From Gloeobacterales cyanobacterium (lineage in GTDB: Bacteria > Cyanobacteriota > Cyanobacteriia > Gloeobacterales > PMM-0068), in the NCBI GenBank assembly GCA_038245785.1, contig JBBRSB010000022.1, positions 20,632-84,631 of the forward strand: a stretch of 64,000 nt of DNA, read 5' to 3'. Under the pieces are notes generated by a model. That model saw nothing but the letters and a program-made list of their open reading frames with translations, was not told where the DNA came from and ran no database searches. Positions 37,934-49,317 of the stretch are shown here, piece by piece (position 1 is the first letter of the stretch; the number at the start of each line of letters is the position of its first letter). The position numbers and the translations under genes are program-made.

Positions 37934-39727
37934 ATGACCATCAAACACATTCGTAACGTCGCTATCATTGCCCACGTTGACCACGGTAAGACCACGCTGG
38001 TTGACGCTTTGCTGAGACAGTCAGGGGTCTTTCGGGCCAACGAGTTGCTCGTTACCTGTGTCATGGACTCCAATGAACTGGAGCGTGAGCGCGGCATCAC
38101 CATTCTTTCAAAAAATACCGCTGTGTACTACGGCGAAACCCTGATCAATATCGTAGACACCCCAGGACACGCTGACTTTGGCGGAGAAGTAGAACGGGTT
38201 CTAGGCATGGTGGACGGCTGTTTGCTGATTGTCGATGCCAATGAGGGGCCGATGCCTCAGACGCGCTTTGTTCTGAAGAAAGCGCTAGAGAAAGGCTTAA
38301 AGCCGATTGTGTTCGTCAATAAAATTGATCGTCCCCAAGCGGACTCTCCACGAGCTGTGGACAAAGTTTTGGACTTGTTTATTGAACTTGGCGCTGATGA
38401 TGACCAGATTGAATTCCCTGTATTCTATGGGTCAGGGCTGGCGGGTTACGCGGTAGCAGAGCCTGAAGATAAATCCGAAGACATGAAAATTCTGTTTGAA
38501 GGTATTCTTCAGCACGTACCACCCCCTGTCGGAGATGTCAGCAAGCCCTTCCAGCTCCAGGTAACCACCCTCGACTACTCCGATTATCTAGGCCGAATTG
38601 TGATTGGCAAGATTCACAATGGCACCGTCCGAGCGGGTGAGCAGATTGCTCTACTGCGAGAAGACGGCAGTGTTAGCAAGGGCAAAATCACCAAGCTTCT
38701 AGGCTTCCAAGGACTCTCTCGTGTGGAATTGGAAGAATCCAGTGCTGGTAATCTAGTGGCGATTGCAGGGTTTGCCGATGCCAACATTGGCGAGACTTTG
38801 GCCTGTGCTCAGAACCCAGAAGCACTGCCTTTGATCCGGGTTGACGAACCAACGCTACAGATGACCTTTTCGATTAATGATTCTCCTTTTGCAGGGCAGG
38901 AAGGCAAGTTTGTCACCTCCCGTCAGCTTAGAGACCGTCTGTTCCGTGAATTAGAAACGAACATTGCCCTCAGGGTTGAAGAAACCGATTCTACGGATAG
39001 CTTTGTTGTCTCCGGTCGGGGAGAGCTGCACCTGGGAATTTTGATTGAAACCATGCGTCGCGAAGGCTATGAGTTCCAGGTTTCCAAACCCAAGGTTATC
39101 TTCCGGCAAGTGGATGGTCACGTCTATGAGCCTTTTGAAATGCTGGTCTTAGATGTGCCTAATGATGGTTCTGGCTCTGCTATCGAGAACCTGGGTCGTC
39201 GCAAGGCCGAGATGCAAAATATGATTGCCTTTGATAATGGCCGTACGCAGCTGGATTTTGTCATCCCTGCCCGTGGTTTGATTGGCTTTCGTTCTGAATT
39301 TATTCGCTACACCAAAGGCGAAGGAATCATGAACCACTCCTTCCTGGACTATCGTCCTTCAATCGGAGACATTGGTGGTCTGCGCAATGGAGTTCTGGTT
39401 TCCTTTGAAGAAGGTGAAGCCACCTACTATGCACTCCAAGGCTTTGAAGACCGAGGCGTCTTTTTCATTACACCCGGTACAAGAGTCTACTCTGGGATGA
39501 TTATTGGTGAAAATAACCGGAACCAAGATCTAGAGCTGAATGTCTGCAAAGCCAAGAAGCTAACCAACATGCGGGCTTCTTCTGGAGAAGAACTCGTTCA
39601 ACTGAAATCTCCGATCCAAATGAGTTTAGAGCGAGCGTTGGAGTACATCTCAGATGATGAACTCGTCGAAGTTACCCCCAAATCAATCCGTCTGCGCAAG
39701 CAAAAGGTTAAAGCCGGGAAGCGTTAG
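37934..39727 (+). CDS. typA: translational GTPase TypA/BipA
   Basis: [60 protein letters not shown]. Confidence 0.97.
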   Translation: MTIKHIRNVAIIAHVDHGKTTLVDALLRQSGVFRANELLVTCVMDSNELERERGITILSKNTAVYYGETLINIVDTPGHADFGGEVERVLGMVDGCLLIVDANEGPMPQTRFVLKKALEKGLKPIVFVNKIDRPQADSPRAVDKVLDLFIELGADDDQIEFPVFYGSGLAGYAVAEPEDKSEDMKILFEGILQHVPPPVGDVSKPFQLQVTTLDYSDYLGRIVIGKIHNGTVRAGEQIALLREDGSVSKGKITKLLGFQGLSRVELEESSAGNLVAIAGFADANIGETLACAQNPEALPLIRVDEPTLQMTFSINDSPFAGQEGKFVTSRQLRDRLFRELETNIALRVEETDSTDSFVVSGRGELHLGILIETMRREGYEFQVSKPKVIFRQVDGHVYEPFEMLVLDVPNDGSGSAIENLGRRKAEMQNMIAFDNGRTQLDFVIPARGLIGFRSEFIRYTKGEGIMNHSFLDYRPSIGDIGGLRNGVLVSFEEGEATYYALQGFEDRGVFFITPGTRVYSGMIIGENNRNQDLELNVCKAKKLTNMRASSGEELVQLKSPIQMSLERALEYISDDELVEVTPKSIRLRKQKVKAGKR

Positions 39728-39771
39728 AAGCCCGTGGGACAATGGACATTCCTATATAGGGGTTCATTGTC

Positions 39772-41037
39772 TTGCCTGAACCTTGGGATGCTCTGATTCT
39801 CTCTAATGGCCCTGGTGAATTAGCGACCTGGGTGCGTCCTGTAGTGGCAGAACTCAAGGCGCGTCACCCTGAAGCTCGGGTATCGGTGGTCCTATCACCC
39901 TGTTCCAATGCTTCAGGTCAGGAAGCTCAATTTGCCCAGAGTATGATAGGCGTAGACCGCGTGCAAGCCGCTAAACACTACCGCCGATTTTTGCTTACGG
40001 GTAAAACAGCAGGGACCTGGGACTGGTATGCCAAGGGCATTACGGTATTTCTAGGAGGAGACCAGGGATTTTCTGCCCTGATTAGCCGTCGCTTAGGCTA
40101 TCCGATCTTGGTCTATGCCGAATTGATGGCTCGCTGGCCCAGATTTGTTAATCGCTATGGTCTCAAGGCTGAAACGGTTCGTGACAGCAAGAGTTCTCAC
40201 AGGGAACGTTTCAAGGGCCAATTTAAGGTGATTGGAGATTTGATGGCCGATGGAGTGCACGTAGGTTCGCAGGATACCGCTTACGTCGAAAAAGTCCTAG
40301 ACCTCCAGCTTGGTCAAACTTTGATCGGTCTGATGCCTGGTTCTAAAGCAATGAAGCTTTCCCAAGGTGTTCCTATGATTATGGGAGCTGCCGAATATAT
40401 GCAGTCCCTTGATCCAACCCTACGTTTTGTGGTTCCGGTTGCACCCACGACTTCTCTGGAATATCTCGCCTCTTTTGGAGATCCCAAAAATGTAGATATT
40501 GAGGCCACCTTTGGTACCAGCGCGGCTCTGATTCAAGATCAATCAGGAGCGAAACTAGTCACGCCAAAAGGCACTGCCGTCCATCTCTGGACAGAGTCCC
40601 CTGCCTATGACCTGCTGGCTCGCTGTGCTCTTTGTATCACCACAATTGGCGCGAATACCGCCGAGTTGGGTTTCCTTGGAATCCCGATGGTCGTCTGCCT
40701 GCCGAATAATCGCTTGGAAGCAATGCGCGCCTGGGACGGGCTCCCTGGCCTTTTAGTAAATCTTCCTGGGGTCGGCACTTTGGCCGCTAAAGCAATCAAT
40801 GGCTATGTGGAGAACCGATTAGGACTCCTGGCCTGGCCCAATATGCGGGCTAAGGAAGAGTTAGTCCCCGAATTACACGGACGCTTAACGCCTCAAATCA
40901 TTGGGGACGTAGCCCTAGAACTCTTAGCCGATGCTCCTCGCCGGACGGAAATGAGCCACAGGTTGAAAATGGTAATGGGTTTACCTGGGGCGGCGAAGGG
41001 TCTAGTAGATCTTGTAGATGAAATGGCTCCTCTCTAG
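39772..41037 (+). CDS. LpxB-like (lipid-A-disaccharide synthase-related) glycosyltransferase
   Basis: ILSNGPGEL.TWVRPV, FLGGDQ, GLMPGSK, TTIGANTAEL...PM, WPN. Confidence 0.7.
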   Translation: MPEPWDALILSNGPGELATWVRPVVAELKARHPEARVSVVLSPCSNASGQEAQFAQSMIGVDRVQAAKHYRRFLLTGKTAGTWDWYAKGITVFLGGDQGFSALISRRLGYPILVYAELMARWPRFVNRYGLKAETVRDSKSSHRERFKGQFKVIGDLMADGVHVGSQDTAYVEKVLDLQLGQTLIGLMPGSKAMKLSQGVPMIMGAAEYMQSLDPTLRFVVPVAPTTSLEYLASFGDPKNVDIEATFGTSAALIQDQSGAKLVTPKGTAVHLWTESPAYDLLARCALCITTIGANTAELGFLGIPMVVCLPNNRLEAMRAWDGLPGLLVNLPGVGTLAAKAINGYVENRLGLLAWPNMRAKEELVPELHGRLTPQIIGDVALELLADAPRRTEMSHRLKMVMGLPGAAKGLVDLVDEMAPL

Positions 41038-41058
41038 AGAAGGGAGGAGCCATTTCAC

Positions 41059-43326
41059 TTAGCGCTTAGCGGGGGATGGACTCGACGAACGGCGCGAACC
41101 CACCAGTTCGGGCGTACGGTCGTTAGTCATGTCAGGAAGTTTGATATTCCAAGCAGACACAGCCTGACCGTAGCCACCGGGAGCGACGGCTTGAGCCATT
41201 TCAAGGAAGGCTGCCTTATCGCCAGCCTTGACTTCTTCACGAATGGTGTAGTTCTCCAGTGCCGCACGCCAGCCAATGAGCACAATCGGCCCTGTATAGC
41301 GCTGACCAGGACGAAGTTGGTCAGGCTGCTTGGAGCGCCACTCATAATCGAAACGAGGCGTGGTCAGATTGTAGGGCTGACTCAGCTGGCGGAGCTGATA
41401 GGGCAGGGTATCGCTACCAAAGGTTTCACGATACTCTTCGCTATCGACTAAGGCATCGATGAAGGCGAGATAGCCTTTCTGGGCAATGATGATCGAGTAT
41501 TTAATCGTCTCCTGCTTACCGTAGGGCTCCCGACCTAAGAAGCGTTTGAGGCTGACCTCAACGAATCGGTAGTTATTGTTGGGTTCTAAGACTAAGCGAC
41601 GATAGACATCAGACTTACCGAGGCCCCGCACAAAGTCTTGAACGCTGATCGCCCCATTCCGCAACTGAGATTCAAGAGCGGTTTGGCGGTTGCTGTCAAT
41701 AAACAGGTGTTCGCTAAAGATCTGGCGATAGGCCGCATAGATGAAGTTCTGGAACTCCTGTTCGTCCTTCATGTCGTAACGGTTGAAGCTCAGAGGCTTA
41801 TCTTCTCCCGCCATCTGGGGCACGGAAGCGACTCGATGGGGCCTGGTGGCGTACTTAGTATCCAGCAAGGGGAGTAACCCTTTGGCAACATCCGCAGGGT
41901 TGTAGCTGGAGGATTGCTTGTAGGGAATAGGTTCTTTGGTCGTGCCATAGGTTGGGATGTTGATGTTGGCCGTAGCCCCTGCCGTCCCAAAACCGACCAT
42001 AGGTCCAGCGTAGAAATCGCTTGGACGGCGCTGGTCGAGCTGTCTAGAGAGCCAATCTGCACCAAAGCGAGGCGTAATCAAGTTGTAGGGCTGACTCAGC
42101 TGGCGGAGCTGATAGGGCAGGGTATCGCTACCAAAGGTTTCACGATACTCTTCGCTATCGACTAAGGCATCGATGAAAGCGTGATAACCCTTCTGGGCAA
42201 TGATAATCGAGAGCTTAATTGTTTCCTGCTTAGAATAAGATTCACGGCCTAGGAAACGCTTCAGACAGACATCTACAAACCGATAGTTGTTGTTCGGTTC
42301 TAAGACTAAGCGACGGAAAACGTCGGACTTGCCGAGGCCTCGCACAAAGTCTTGGACGCTGATCGCTCCGTTACGCAACTGGGATTCCAGGTTGGTTTGA
42401 CGGTTGCTGTCAATAATCAGCTGTTCGGCAAAGATCTGGCGATAGGCCGCATAGACAAAGTTCTGGAACTCTCGTTCGTCCTTCATGTCGTAGCGGTTGA
42501 AGCTGAGGGGCTTATCTTCTCCTTCCATTTGGGGGACAGAAGCGACCCTGTGCGGTCTGGTGACGTACTTGGTATCCAGTAAAGGAATTAACCCTTTGGC
42601 GACATCGTCTGGGTTGTAGCTGGAGTATTCTGTGTAGCCAGCGCCTGAAGCGTAGGTAGGGGCAACATAGGTACTAGGTGCAGTGTAGGAAGGAGCAGCA
42701 CTAGCGGCAACCGCAGCTCCGAAGCCAAGCATCGGACCGGCATAAGCTTCACCGGGACGGCGTTGGTCAGATTTTCTAGGCAACCAATCCGCAGCATGGC
42801 TAGGCGTGACTAAGTTATAGGGCTGGCTCAACGGACGAAGCTGATAGGGTAAGGTATCTGCTCCAAAGGCTTCAGCATACTCAGCGCTGTCTACGACCGC
42901 ATCAATGAAAGCGTGGTAGCCCTTCTCCCCAATTACAATTGCCCACTTGATGGTTTCCTGCTTGGAATATGGCTCCCGTCCTAGGAAGCGCTTTAGGGTA
43001 ATCTCTACAAACCGATAGTTGCTATTCGGCTCCAGAATCAAGCGGCGATAGACTTCGGATTTCCCCATCCCCCGGACGAAATCTTGGACGCTGAGCGCTC
43101 CATTGCGCAATTGGGATTCCAGGCCGACCTGGCGGTTACTTTCAAGAATTAGCTGTTCGCCCAAAATTTGACGATAGGCTGCATACACAAAATTCTGAAA
43201 TTCCCGCTCGTCCTTCATGTCGTAGCGGTTGTAGGCTATGGGTTCATCTTCGAAGCCCATCTGGGGGATAGAAGCCACCCGGTGCGGCCTAGTTACATAC
43301 TTGGTCTCAAGTAAGGGAATACCCAT
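41059..43326 (-). CDS. phycobilisome linker with three tandem CpcG-like linker domains (CpcJ/Glr2806-like)
   Basis: Three repeats, each starting IPLL.TKY.TRPHRV and containing AAYRQI..E...LESQLRNG..SVQDFVRG.GKS...KRFLGR...DS.EY...FG.DTLPYQ; CpcG-type C-terminus GD..AFLEMA...IKLPDMT. Confidence 0.85.
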   Translation of the reverse strand: MGIPLLETKYVTRPHRVASIPQMGFEDEPIAYNRYDMKDEREFQNFVYAAYRQILGEQLILESNRQVGLESQLRNGALSVQDFVRGMGKSEVYRRLILEPNSNYRFVEITLKRFLGREPYSKQETIKWAIVIGEKGYHAFIDAVVDSAEYAEAFGADTLPYQLRPLSQPYNLVTPSHAADWLPRKSDQRRPGEAYAGPMLGFGAAVAASAAPSYTAPSTYVAPTYASGAGYTEYSSYNPDDVAKGLIPLLDTKYVTRPHRVASVPQMEGEDKPLSFNRYDMKDEREFQNFVYAAYRQIFAEQLIIDSNRQTNLESQLRNGAISVQDFVRGLGKSDVFRRLVLEPNNNYRFVDVCLKRFLGRESYSKQETIKLSIIIAQKGYHAFIDALVDSEEYRETFGSDTLPYQLRQLSQPYNLITPRFGADWLSRQLDQRRPSDFYAGPMVGFGTAGATANINIPTYGTTKEPIPYKQSSSYNPADVAKGLLPLLDTKYATRPHRVASVPQMAGEDKPLSFNRYDMKDEQEFQNFIYAAYRQIFSEHLFIDSNRQTALESQLRNGAISVQDFVRGLGKSDVYRRLVLEPNNNYRFVEVSLKRFLGREPYGKQETIKYSIIIAQKGYLAFIDALVDSEEYRETFGSDTLPYQLRQLSQPYNLTTPRFDYEWRSKQPDQLRPGQRYTGPIVLIGWRAALENYTIREEVKAGDKAAFLEMAQAVAPGGYGQAVSAWNIKLPDMTNDRTPELVGSRRSSSPSPAKR

Positions 43327-43544
43327 AAACTGCGTCTCTCTTTCGGGATACTTGGTTTTGTATTGTAAAGAGAATTAATCTGGCAATGCCCTAAAAGTTG
43401 GATTTCGTAAACAAAAGTCACAATGGGCATCCGTTCTGTGGGCTTGGCTGGTTGTCAAAGAAGCCCTGAAATCATTATCCAGAAGCGCCACATATCCCTC
43501 TAGCAGAGGATTAGGAGCCCATAGGACGAACTTTTGCGATGGAT

Positions 43545-44753
43545 TCAAGGTTGCTGATTCAACATTTCATGCAGCGTGAACACTTTTTCTAATATCTCCG
43601 ATACCACCCGATCAGGCGTAGACGCCCCAGAAGTGATCCCAATCGTCACTGGATGAGCAGGCAGCCAGTTTTCATCCACCACAAAAGGACCGCGATGAGA
43701 AGCTTCCAGCGGTTTATGCTCAATGCGATTGCCTGGTCCAATGCGGCTCGAACTGTCGATATGGTACGAACGCAACCCCTGGTGGAGGCCAATTTCGTGG
43801 AGATGACTGGTATTCGATGAATTAAAACCACCGACGACCAACATCAGGTCCAGAGGCTCGTCTACTAACTTGAGCATGGCATCTTGGCGCTCTTGCGTAG
43901 CGTTGCAGATCGTATCGCCCGCACTCATGTAATGCTCGGAAAGCACCTGTGGACCATATTTTTCGAGCATGGTACGCTCGAAGAGTTTACCAATCTGCTC
44001 GGTTTCGCCCTTGAGCATCGTGGTCTGATTGGCAACGCCAACACGCTCTAGATGAACATCCGGGTCAAAATCTGGTGAGTGCGCATGTTCGAATTTAGTG
44101 TAGAAGGTCGCTTTGTCCCCACCCTGCAGGATGTAATCACAGACCCATTGCGCTTCTTTCAAATTCAATACCGTCAGGTAACAGTGTGCACGGGAAGCGG
44201 TTGCAATCGTTTCTTCGTGGGCATATTTGCCGTGAATAATGGCTGTGAAATCAGCACTTTCGTACTTGGCGACCCGACTCCAGACACGAGAGACCCAAGG
44301 GCAGGTGGTATCGACAATAGCAATATCTCGATTTTCTAAGGCTTCCATTTCCTTAACGGCTGCTCCAAAAGCAGGAAGGATCACCACATCCCCCTCGCCA
44401 ACGATACCTAGGTCCTTAGTTTTAGGATTGCCCTTTTCATCTAAATCTAGAAATTGAATCCCCATCTCTTTTAACTTGGCATTGACCATTGGGTTATGAA
44501 TGATCTCATTGGTAATCCAGATCGTTTTGTCCGGATAGTGCCGACGGGTTTCATAGGCCATAGAGACAGCTCTATCCACGCCCCAGCAAAAACCAAAGGC
44601 CTCTGCCAGGCGGACGGTCACATTTCCTCGCTGATACTTATATCCCTGTTCGCGAATTTGGGGAATGAGGCCTCCATCGTACTCCGCTACAATTTCAGGA
44701 CGCACTTGGTCTTTGAGGCCGAAGCCTTTGCGGTTGTAACTGGGATTTGCCAT
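43545..44753 (-). CDS. ispH: 4-hydroxy-3-methylbut-2-enyl diphosphate reductase
   Basis: [46 protein letters not shown]. Confidence 0.97.
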   Translation of the reverse strand: MANPSYNRKGFGLKDQVRPEIVAEYDGGLIPQIREQGYKYQRGNVTVRLAEAFGFCWGVDRAVSMAYETRRHYPDKTIWITNEIIHNPMVNAKLKEMGIQFLDLDEKGNPKTKDLGIVGEGDVVILPAFGAAVKEMEALENRDIAIVDTTCPWVSRVWSRVAKYESADFTAIIHGKYAHEETIATASRAHCYLTVLNLKEAQWVCDYILQGGDKATFYTKFEHAHSPDFDPDVHLERVGVANQTTMLKGETEQIGKLFERTMLEKYGPQVLSEHYMSAGDTICNATQERQDAMLKLVDEPLDLMLVVGGFNSSNTSHLHEIGLHQGLRSYHIDSSSRIGPGNRIEHKPLEASHRGPFVVDENWLPAHPVTIGITSGASTPDRVVSEILEKVFTLHEMLNQQP

Positions 44754-44847
44754 CGGGGGTAAAGTCTCTAAGAGGTCTAAATTGAGCCTACTTTAAATAT
44801 TCTAAGGCTCCTTATCCCTCTCCCGATGCTTAAGCTAGGCTAAAAGC

Positions 44848-45309
44848 ATGGACATCCTTGCACCTGTGCCCCTTTGGCTTTTCTTTGGACTATTGCTTTG
44901 GGTACTAGAGCTTTTCACCCCAGCCTTAGTCGCAGGATCTATGGGAACCGCCGCTCTTTTAATAGCGGCGACAGTAGGATGGGTTCCTAGCTTGGCTATT
45001 CAGTTTTTCTTGTTCGCGGTACTTTCTGGAATTTTTGTCTGGTTTTCCTGCCGTTTAGTCCCCAAGGCCAGTCGCAAACTAGACAATCCCTACTATCAAG
45101 CCCAAGCCGTTGTTACCAGCGCTATTTTGCCTAGTTCCATGGGCCGAATTGCACTGCAAGGAAGTACCTGGAACGCTTACTGTGATCTTCCCGGTAGCAA
45201 ACTCCAAGTAGGCCAGAAAGTTATGGTAGTAGGAAGAGAGGGAACAGTACTAAAAGTAGTTCCCTTAGATCTCTCAGAACAACTCGAATCAGGTCATCTC
45301 GAACCTTAA
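44848..45309 (+). CDS. NfeD-like membrane protein
   Basis: Hydrophobic N-terminus, [26 protein letters not shown]; upstream of SPFH gene. Confidence 0.85.
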   Translation: MDILAPVPLWLFFGLLLWVLELFTPALVAGSMGTAALLIAATVGWVPSLAIQFFLFAVLSGIFVWFSCRLVPKASRKLDNPYYQAQAVVTSAILPSSMGRIALQGSTWNAYCDLPGSKLQVGQKVMVVGREGTVLKVVPLDLSEQLESGHLEP

Positions 45310-45322
45310 GGATGGAAATTAT

Positions 45323-46282
45323 ATGGAATTCTTTTTACTTGTCCTTGGTGTTTTTATCTTGGTCACGCTAGTTGCCGGGGTAAAAATCATTAATCAGGGA
45401 GATGAAGCTCTAGTAGAACGGTTAGGACGCTTTCATGCCAAGCTATCACCTGGCCTCAGTATTGTGATTCCCTACATCGATCAGATGGTTTTCAAAGAAA
45501 CGATCCGGGAACAAGTGATTGATATTCAGCCCCAGCAATGCATCACCAAAGATAACGTTTCACTTGAAGCCGATGCCGTGATTTACTGGCGAATTGTAGA
45601 CATGAAGCGCACGTATTATGCAGTTGCCAATGTTCGCCAGGCAATGAGCAATTTGGTCCTAACAGCCTTGAGAGCAGAAATTGGCAAATTAGAATTAGAC
45701 CAAACTTTTGCTTCTAGAGCAGAAATTAATCAAGCCTTACTGCTGGAGTTGGACGAATCGACAGACCCTTGGGGAATCAAGGTAATGCGGGTAGAGGTGA
45801 AAAATATTGCTCCTTCCAAAACCGTCCTCGATTCCATGGAGCAACAAATGGCTGCAGAGCGCCGCAAACGGGCTGTTATCCTCAATTCTGAAGGAGAGCG
45901 TCAGTCCGCCATGAACAGTGCCGAAGGAGAAGCACAAGCTCAGATTACCCGTGCACAAGCAGCCCGTCAGCAACAAGCACTCCAAGCTGAGGGAACGGCT
46001 ATGGCTCTGCGAACGATTGCAGAGACGCTCCGCGACCCAAAGGCCGCAGAGGCGCTACAGTTTTACCTTACACAGCAGTATTTGGAAGTTTCGAACAAAA
46101 TTGGAAGCAGTCCGAGCAGCAAAGTATTTTTCCTGGACCCAAACTCGATCACAGGTTCTCTAAACGCTCTACTCTCTATGAATCAAGTCAAGACCGAGGA
46201 GCCGACCGACGCTGTCAAAAAGCTACCCCCCCTGCCCTTGAATCTGCAAAACCGGATGTTGAACAAGCAGGAACCTAGCTAG
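45323..46282 (+). CDS. SPFH/band 7 (stomatin-like) protein
   Basis: [37 protein letters not shown]. Confidence 0.92.
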   Translation: MEFFLLVLGVFILVTLVAGVKIINQGDEALVERLGRFHAKLSPGLSIVIPYIDQMVFKETIREQVIDIQPQQCITKDNVSLEADAVIYWRIVDMKRTYYAVANVRQAMSNLVLTALRAEIGKLELDQTFASRAEINQALLLELDESTDPWGIKVMRVEVKNIAPSKTVLDSMEQQMAAERRKRAVILNSEGERQSAMNSAEGEAQAQITRAQAARQQQALQAEGTAMALRTIAETLRDPKAAEALQFYLTQQYLEVSNKIGSSPSSKVFFLDPNSITGSLNALLSMNQVKTEEPTDAVKKLPPLPLNLQNRMLNKQEPS

Positions 46283-46956
46283 TTTCTATAAGAAGTCGAA
46301 TCAGAAAGAAGTTAAATCAGACTAGTCCAGCCTCCACTCACCTCTGTGTCTGGAGTTCGTGAATACGACAAGATATGTTCTCTTTGCTACCAAATTAGTT
46401 GCACATATAAGAGTCAATACATTAACGGACAGCAAGTATTGATCGCAAACCGATGCAAACCAAAATAGGAACAGCAATGCGATAGTATGAGGGCAAGTTA
46501 TGTGAGTAGGCTTTGAAGGTTTGTAATCTCAGCCTCTCCTCCGCAACCTCTTGCATGAGGCCGTAGCGCAGAGAATGGTCTATCTCTGGAACACGCATCA
46601 CACTCTACGATGTGATGCGTGACACGACAGAATACTAGAGAGAACACAAAGCGTAAGGGTTTTCACTGTAGACATATAGTTGCAGGAACACAAGTATATA
46701 TTTATTCGTCTTAGAATTAGAAAGCTCACATACGGTTAATGCTTCCTGTGTATATAACAGTTGCAGATGATACACAATCTGCTCGAAAGAGCAGATCCCA
46801 GGCGCACCCATTTGTTTATAGCCAGATTCTCTGTAAAATATGGGTCAGGGATTCCATAGGCAGCCTGTCCAAAGCAAACTTAATTGGGACATATCCGCTC
46901 GATTAAGGGGTGAGCCCATCCTGACTGTTAACTACCTACTTTTCAAGAGTGCCTTG

Positions 46957-49140
46957 ATGGAAACAAACTACACCGAATCTTCTGAATCTATAAACTTTCA
47001 AAAATATTGGTCAGTGGTTAGAAGACGCTGGTTGACGGCCACAGGTGTGTTCACCCTTGTTTTTGGTTCGGTTGCTACTTTTACCTTTTTGCAGCAACCC
47101 TCCTACGAGGCCATTGGCAAGGTTCTGTTGAAACGGAAGGATTCAATCTCTTCTCTGACCGGGCTTGGGGGAGAAAACCGGGGAGAGCTGCAATCATTGG
47201 CCCTGGAGAAAGATCCTATCGATACCGAAGCAGAAGTGGTAGCCTCTGCGCCCTTAGCTCAACAGACGATTAAGGCTTTTGACCTCAGAGATAAGGACAA
47301 TGAGCCATTAACAGTCGACGATTTCTTGAGGAAGTTGACGGTGAAGAGCATTCGAGGGGCTGACGTTCTGAAGGTTTCTTACATTGACAAGAACCCCGCC
47401 CGTTCGGCAGCGGTCGTCAACTTTTTGATGAAGTCTTACATGCAGAACAACCTTTACAGCAACCGAGCTGAAGCTGTTGCTGCTCGAAAATTTATCGAGG
47501 CTCAGCTCCCAAAAATTGAAAACACCGTCCGTCGATCTGACGCCGCGCTGCGTAAGTTCAAGGAAGCCAACAAGGTAGTGGCCCTAAAGGAAGAAGCGCA
47601 GTCAGCGATTACTGTTATTGCTGACCTGGAGAATCAAGGAGCGAGAGCGCAGGCTGAATTAGATGATGCTGCTGCTCGCTCTAGTGCCCTGCGCAGCAGG
47701 CTAGGCATGAGTTCGCAAGATGCTATGATTTTAGGCTCTATTAGCCAATCTCCCGCAGTCCAGAGAGCCTTAGAAGAGCTACAAAAGGTTCAAGGAGATA
47801 TTGCTATCCAGTCTGCTCGCTATTCTGAAAATCACCCTACGGTGGTCAACCTAAGAAGCAAAGAGGCAGCCTTGAAGTCTCTTCTGAAAGGTCGTGTCAA
47901 AGGTGTCCTCGGGAAGGGGAAACAAGACATTGGCGATAACCTGCAAGTGGGTGAGCTTAGGATAAAAATGACAGAAGACTTAGTTAAGTCAGAAGTTGAT
48001 CGCCTAGGTTTAGCAAGTCGAGTAGCAGCGCTGGAAGGTAGACAAGCTTCATACAAGAACAGAGTGAGCGATATCCCAAGGCTGGAGCAGGGCGAACGGG
48101 AACTAACACGGGGTTTGGAAGTATCTCAAAATACTTATGAACTCATGCTCAAGAAACTCCAGGAAATCCAGGTGACGGAAAATCAGAACATTGGCAATGC
48201 TCGTGTTCTTGAGACAGCGATCATTCCTGAAATACCTGTCAGTCCAAAAATTCCTTTGAACCTAGCAGCAGGAGCTTTTCTGGGAGGTATCCTTGCCCTA
48301 GGGACCATCTCCATTTTAGAAGCACGCGATAAATCAATTAAAACAGTCAAAGAAGCTAGACAGTTACTCGGATATACCCTTCTGGGTGCTATTCCCGCTT
48401 CTGAGTACAAAGCACTCCCAGCAGACACTTCAGGGGCTTCCCTGCCTTTGGGAAGTAGGACCCCTGCCGCAATTGCCTCCCCCCAATCGCCAGCAGGCGG
48501 AGCCTACCGTATGCTCCAAGCCAATTTGAGATTCATGCGTTCTGAAAAGGATCTGAAAACAGTCGTCATTAGCAGCTCTGTACCGAGAGAAGGTAAATCA
48601 ACGGTAGCAGCCAACTTAGCGGCAGCCCTTGCGCAGGTGGGTCGTAGAGCGCTCCTGATCGATGCCGACTTGCACCGTCCTCGCCAGCATGAAATATGGA
48701 ACCTCTCCAACCGGATTGGTCTGAGCGAAGTGATTATGGGACAGGCAACAACAGAGGTGGCCGTACAGCAAGTAATGCCTTATCTTGATGTCCTAACGTC
48801 TGGGACGCAACCCCCCAGTCCGCTAGCATTACTAGATAGTGAGGCTATGTCCTTCTTCCTCGAACAAGTTTCTGAAATCTATGACCTGATCATCCTAGAT
48901 ACTCCTCCGCTTGTATTTGAAGCTGATGCAACCATTCTTGGCAAAATGTGCGATGGACTGCTTTTGGTGGTGCGTCCTGGCGTGGTTGACTCTGTGAGCG
49001 GTGCAATGGCCAAAGAGTTTCTAGAGCAATCAGGACAAAACGTCTTGGGGCAAGTGGTTAATGGCGTCATTGTAGAGAATGAGCCCTCCGCTTACTATCG
49101 ACAAGCAGGAAGTTATTACACGGGCGGCGTTAGATCTTAG
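46957..49140 (+). CDS. Wzc/GumC polysaccharide co-polymerase tyrosine autokinase
   Basis: Two TM helices with periplasmic coiled coils, SSVPREGKS, IDADL, ILDTPP, C-terminal Tyr residues; start set to ATG 46957. Confidence 0.9.
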   Translation: METNYTESSESINFQKYWSVVRRRWLTATGVFTLVFGSVATFTFLQQPSYEAIGKVLLKRKDSISSLTGLGGENRGELQSLALEKDPIDTEAEVVASAPLAQQTIKAFDLRDKDNEPLTVDDFLRKLTVKSIRGADVLKVSYIDKNPARSAAVVNFLMKSYMQNNLYSNRAEAVAARKFIEAQLPKIENTVRRSDAALRKFKEANKVVALKEEAQSAITVIADLENQGARAQAELDDAAARSSALRSRLGMSSQDAMILGSISQSPAVQRALEELQKVQGDIAIQSARYSENHPTVVNLRSKEAALKSLLKGRVKGVLGKGKQDIGDNLQVGELRIKMTEDLVKSEVDRLGLASRVAALEGRQASYKNRVSDIPRLEQGERELTRGLEVSQNTYELMLKKLQEIQVTENQNIGNARVLETAIIPEIPVSPKIPLNLAAGAFLGGILALGTISILEARDKSIKTVKEARQLLGYTLLGAIPASEYKALPADTSGASLPLGSRTPAAIASPQSPAGGAYRMLQANLRFMRSEKDLKTVVISSSVPREGKSTVAANLAAALAQVGRRALLIDADLHRPRQHEIWNLSNRIGLSEVIMGQATTEVAVQQVMPYLDVLTSGTQPPSPLALLDSEAMSFFLEQVSEIYDLIILDTPPLVFEADATILGKMCDGLLLVVRPGVVDSVSGAMAKEFLEQSGQNVLGQVVNGVIVENEPSAYYRQAGSYYTGGVRS

Positions 49141-49317
49141 GGGTGTTTCCTATGCATCCGATTAGACTACGCTTAATGGGCACCATGGGGTATTTTTATT
49201 GCGTGTACGCTGAATTTGGTGCTGGGATCTCCACAATCTGTTGCGATAGACAGATTTGCTTACCCAGACAACCCATAAAGAGCCAACTAAATAGTCTGCA
49301 ATAGGTATTTAGCCGCA

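Noticed and set aside
41191..42582. Repeated antisense ORFs opposite the linker gene
   Set aside because: Shadows of the three coding repeats
46611..46626. CRP box TGTGA-N6-TCACA
   Set aside because: Second half-site is poor (ACACG); better explained as one arm of the hairpin
46840..46956. N-terminal extension of Wzc (also the extended starts of typA 37862 and ftsH 24191)
   Set aside because: Downstream ATGs match the family N-termini or have a better RBS
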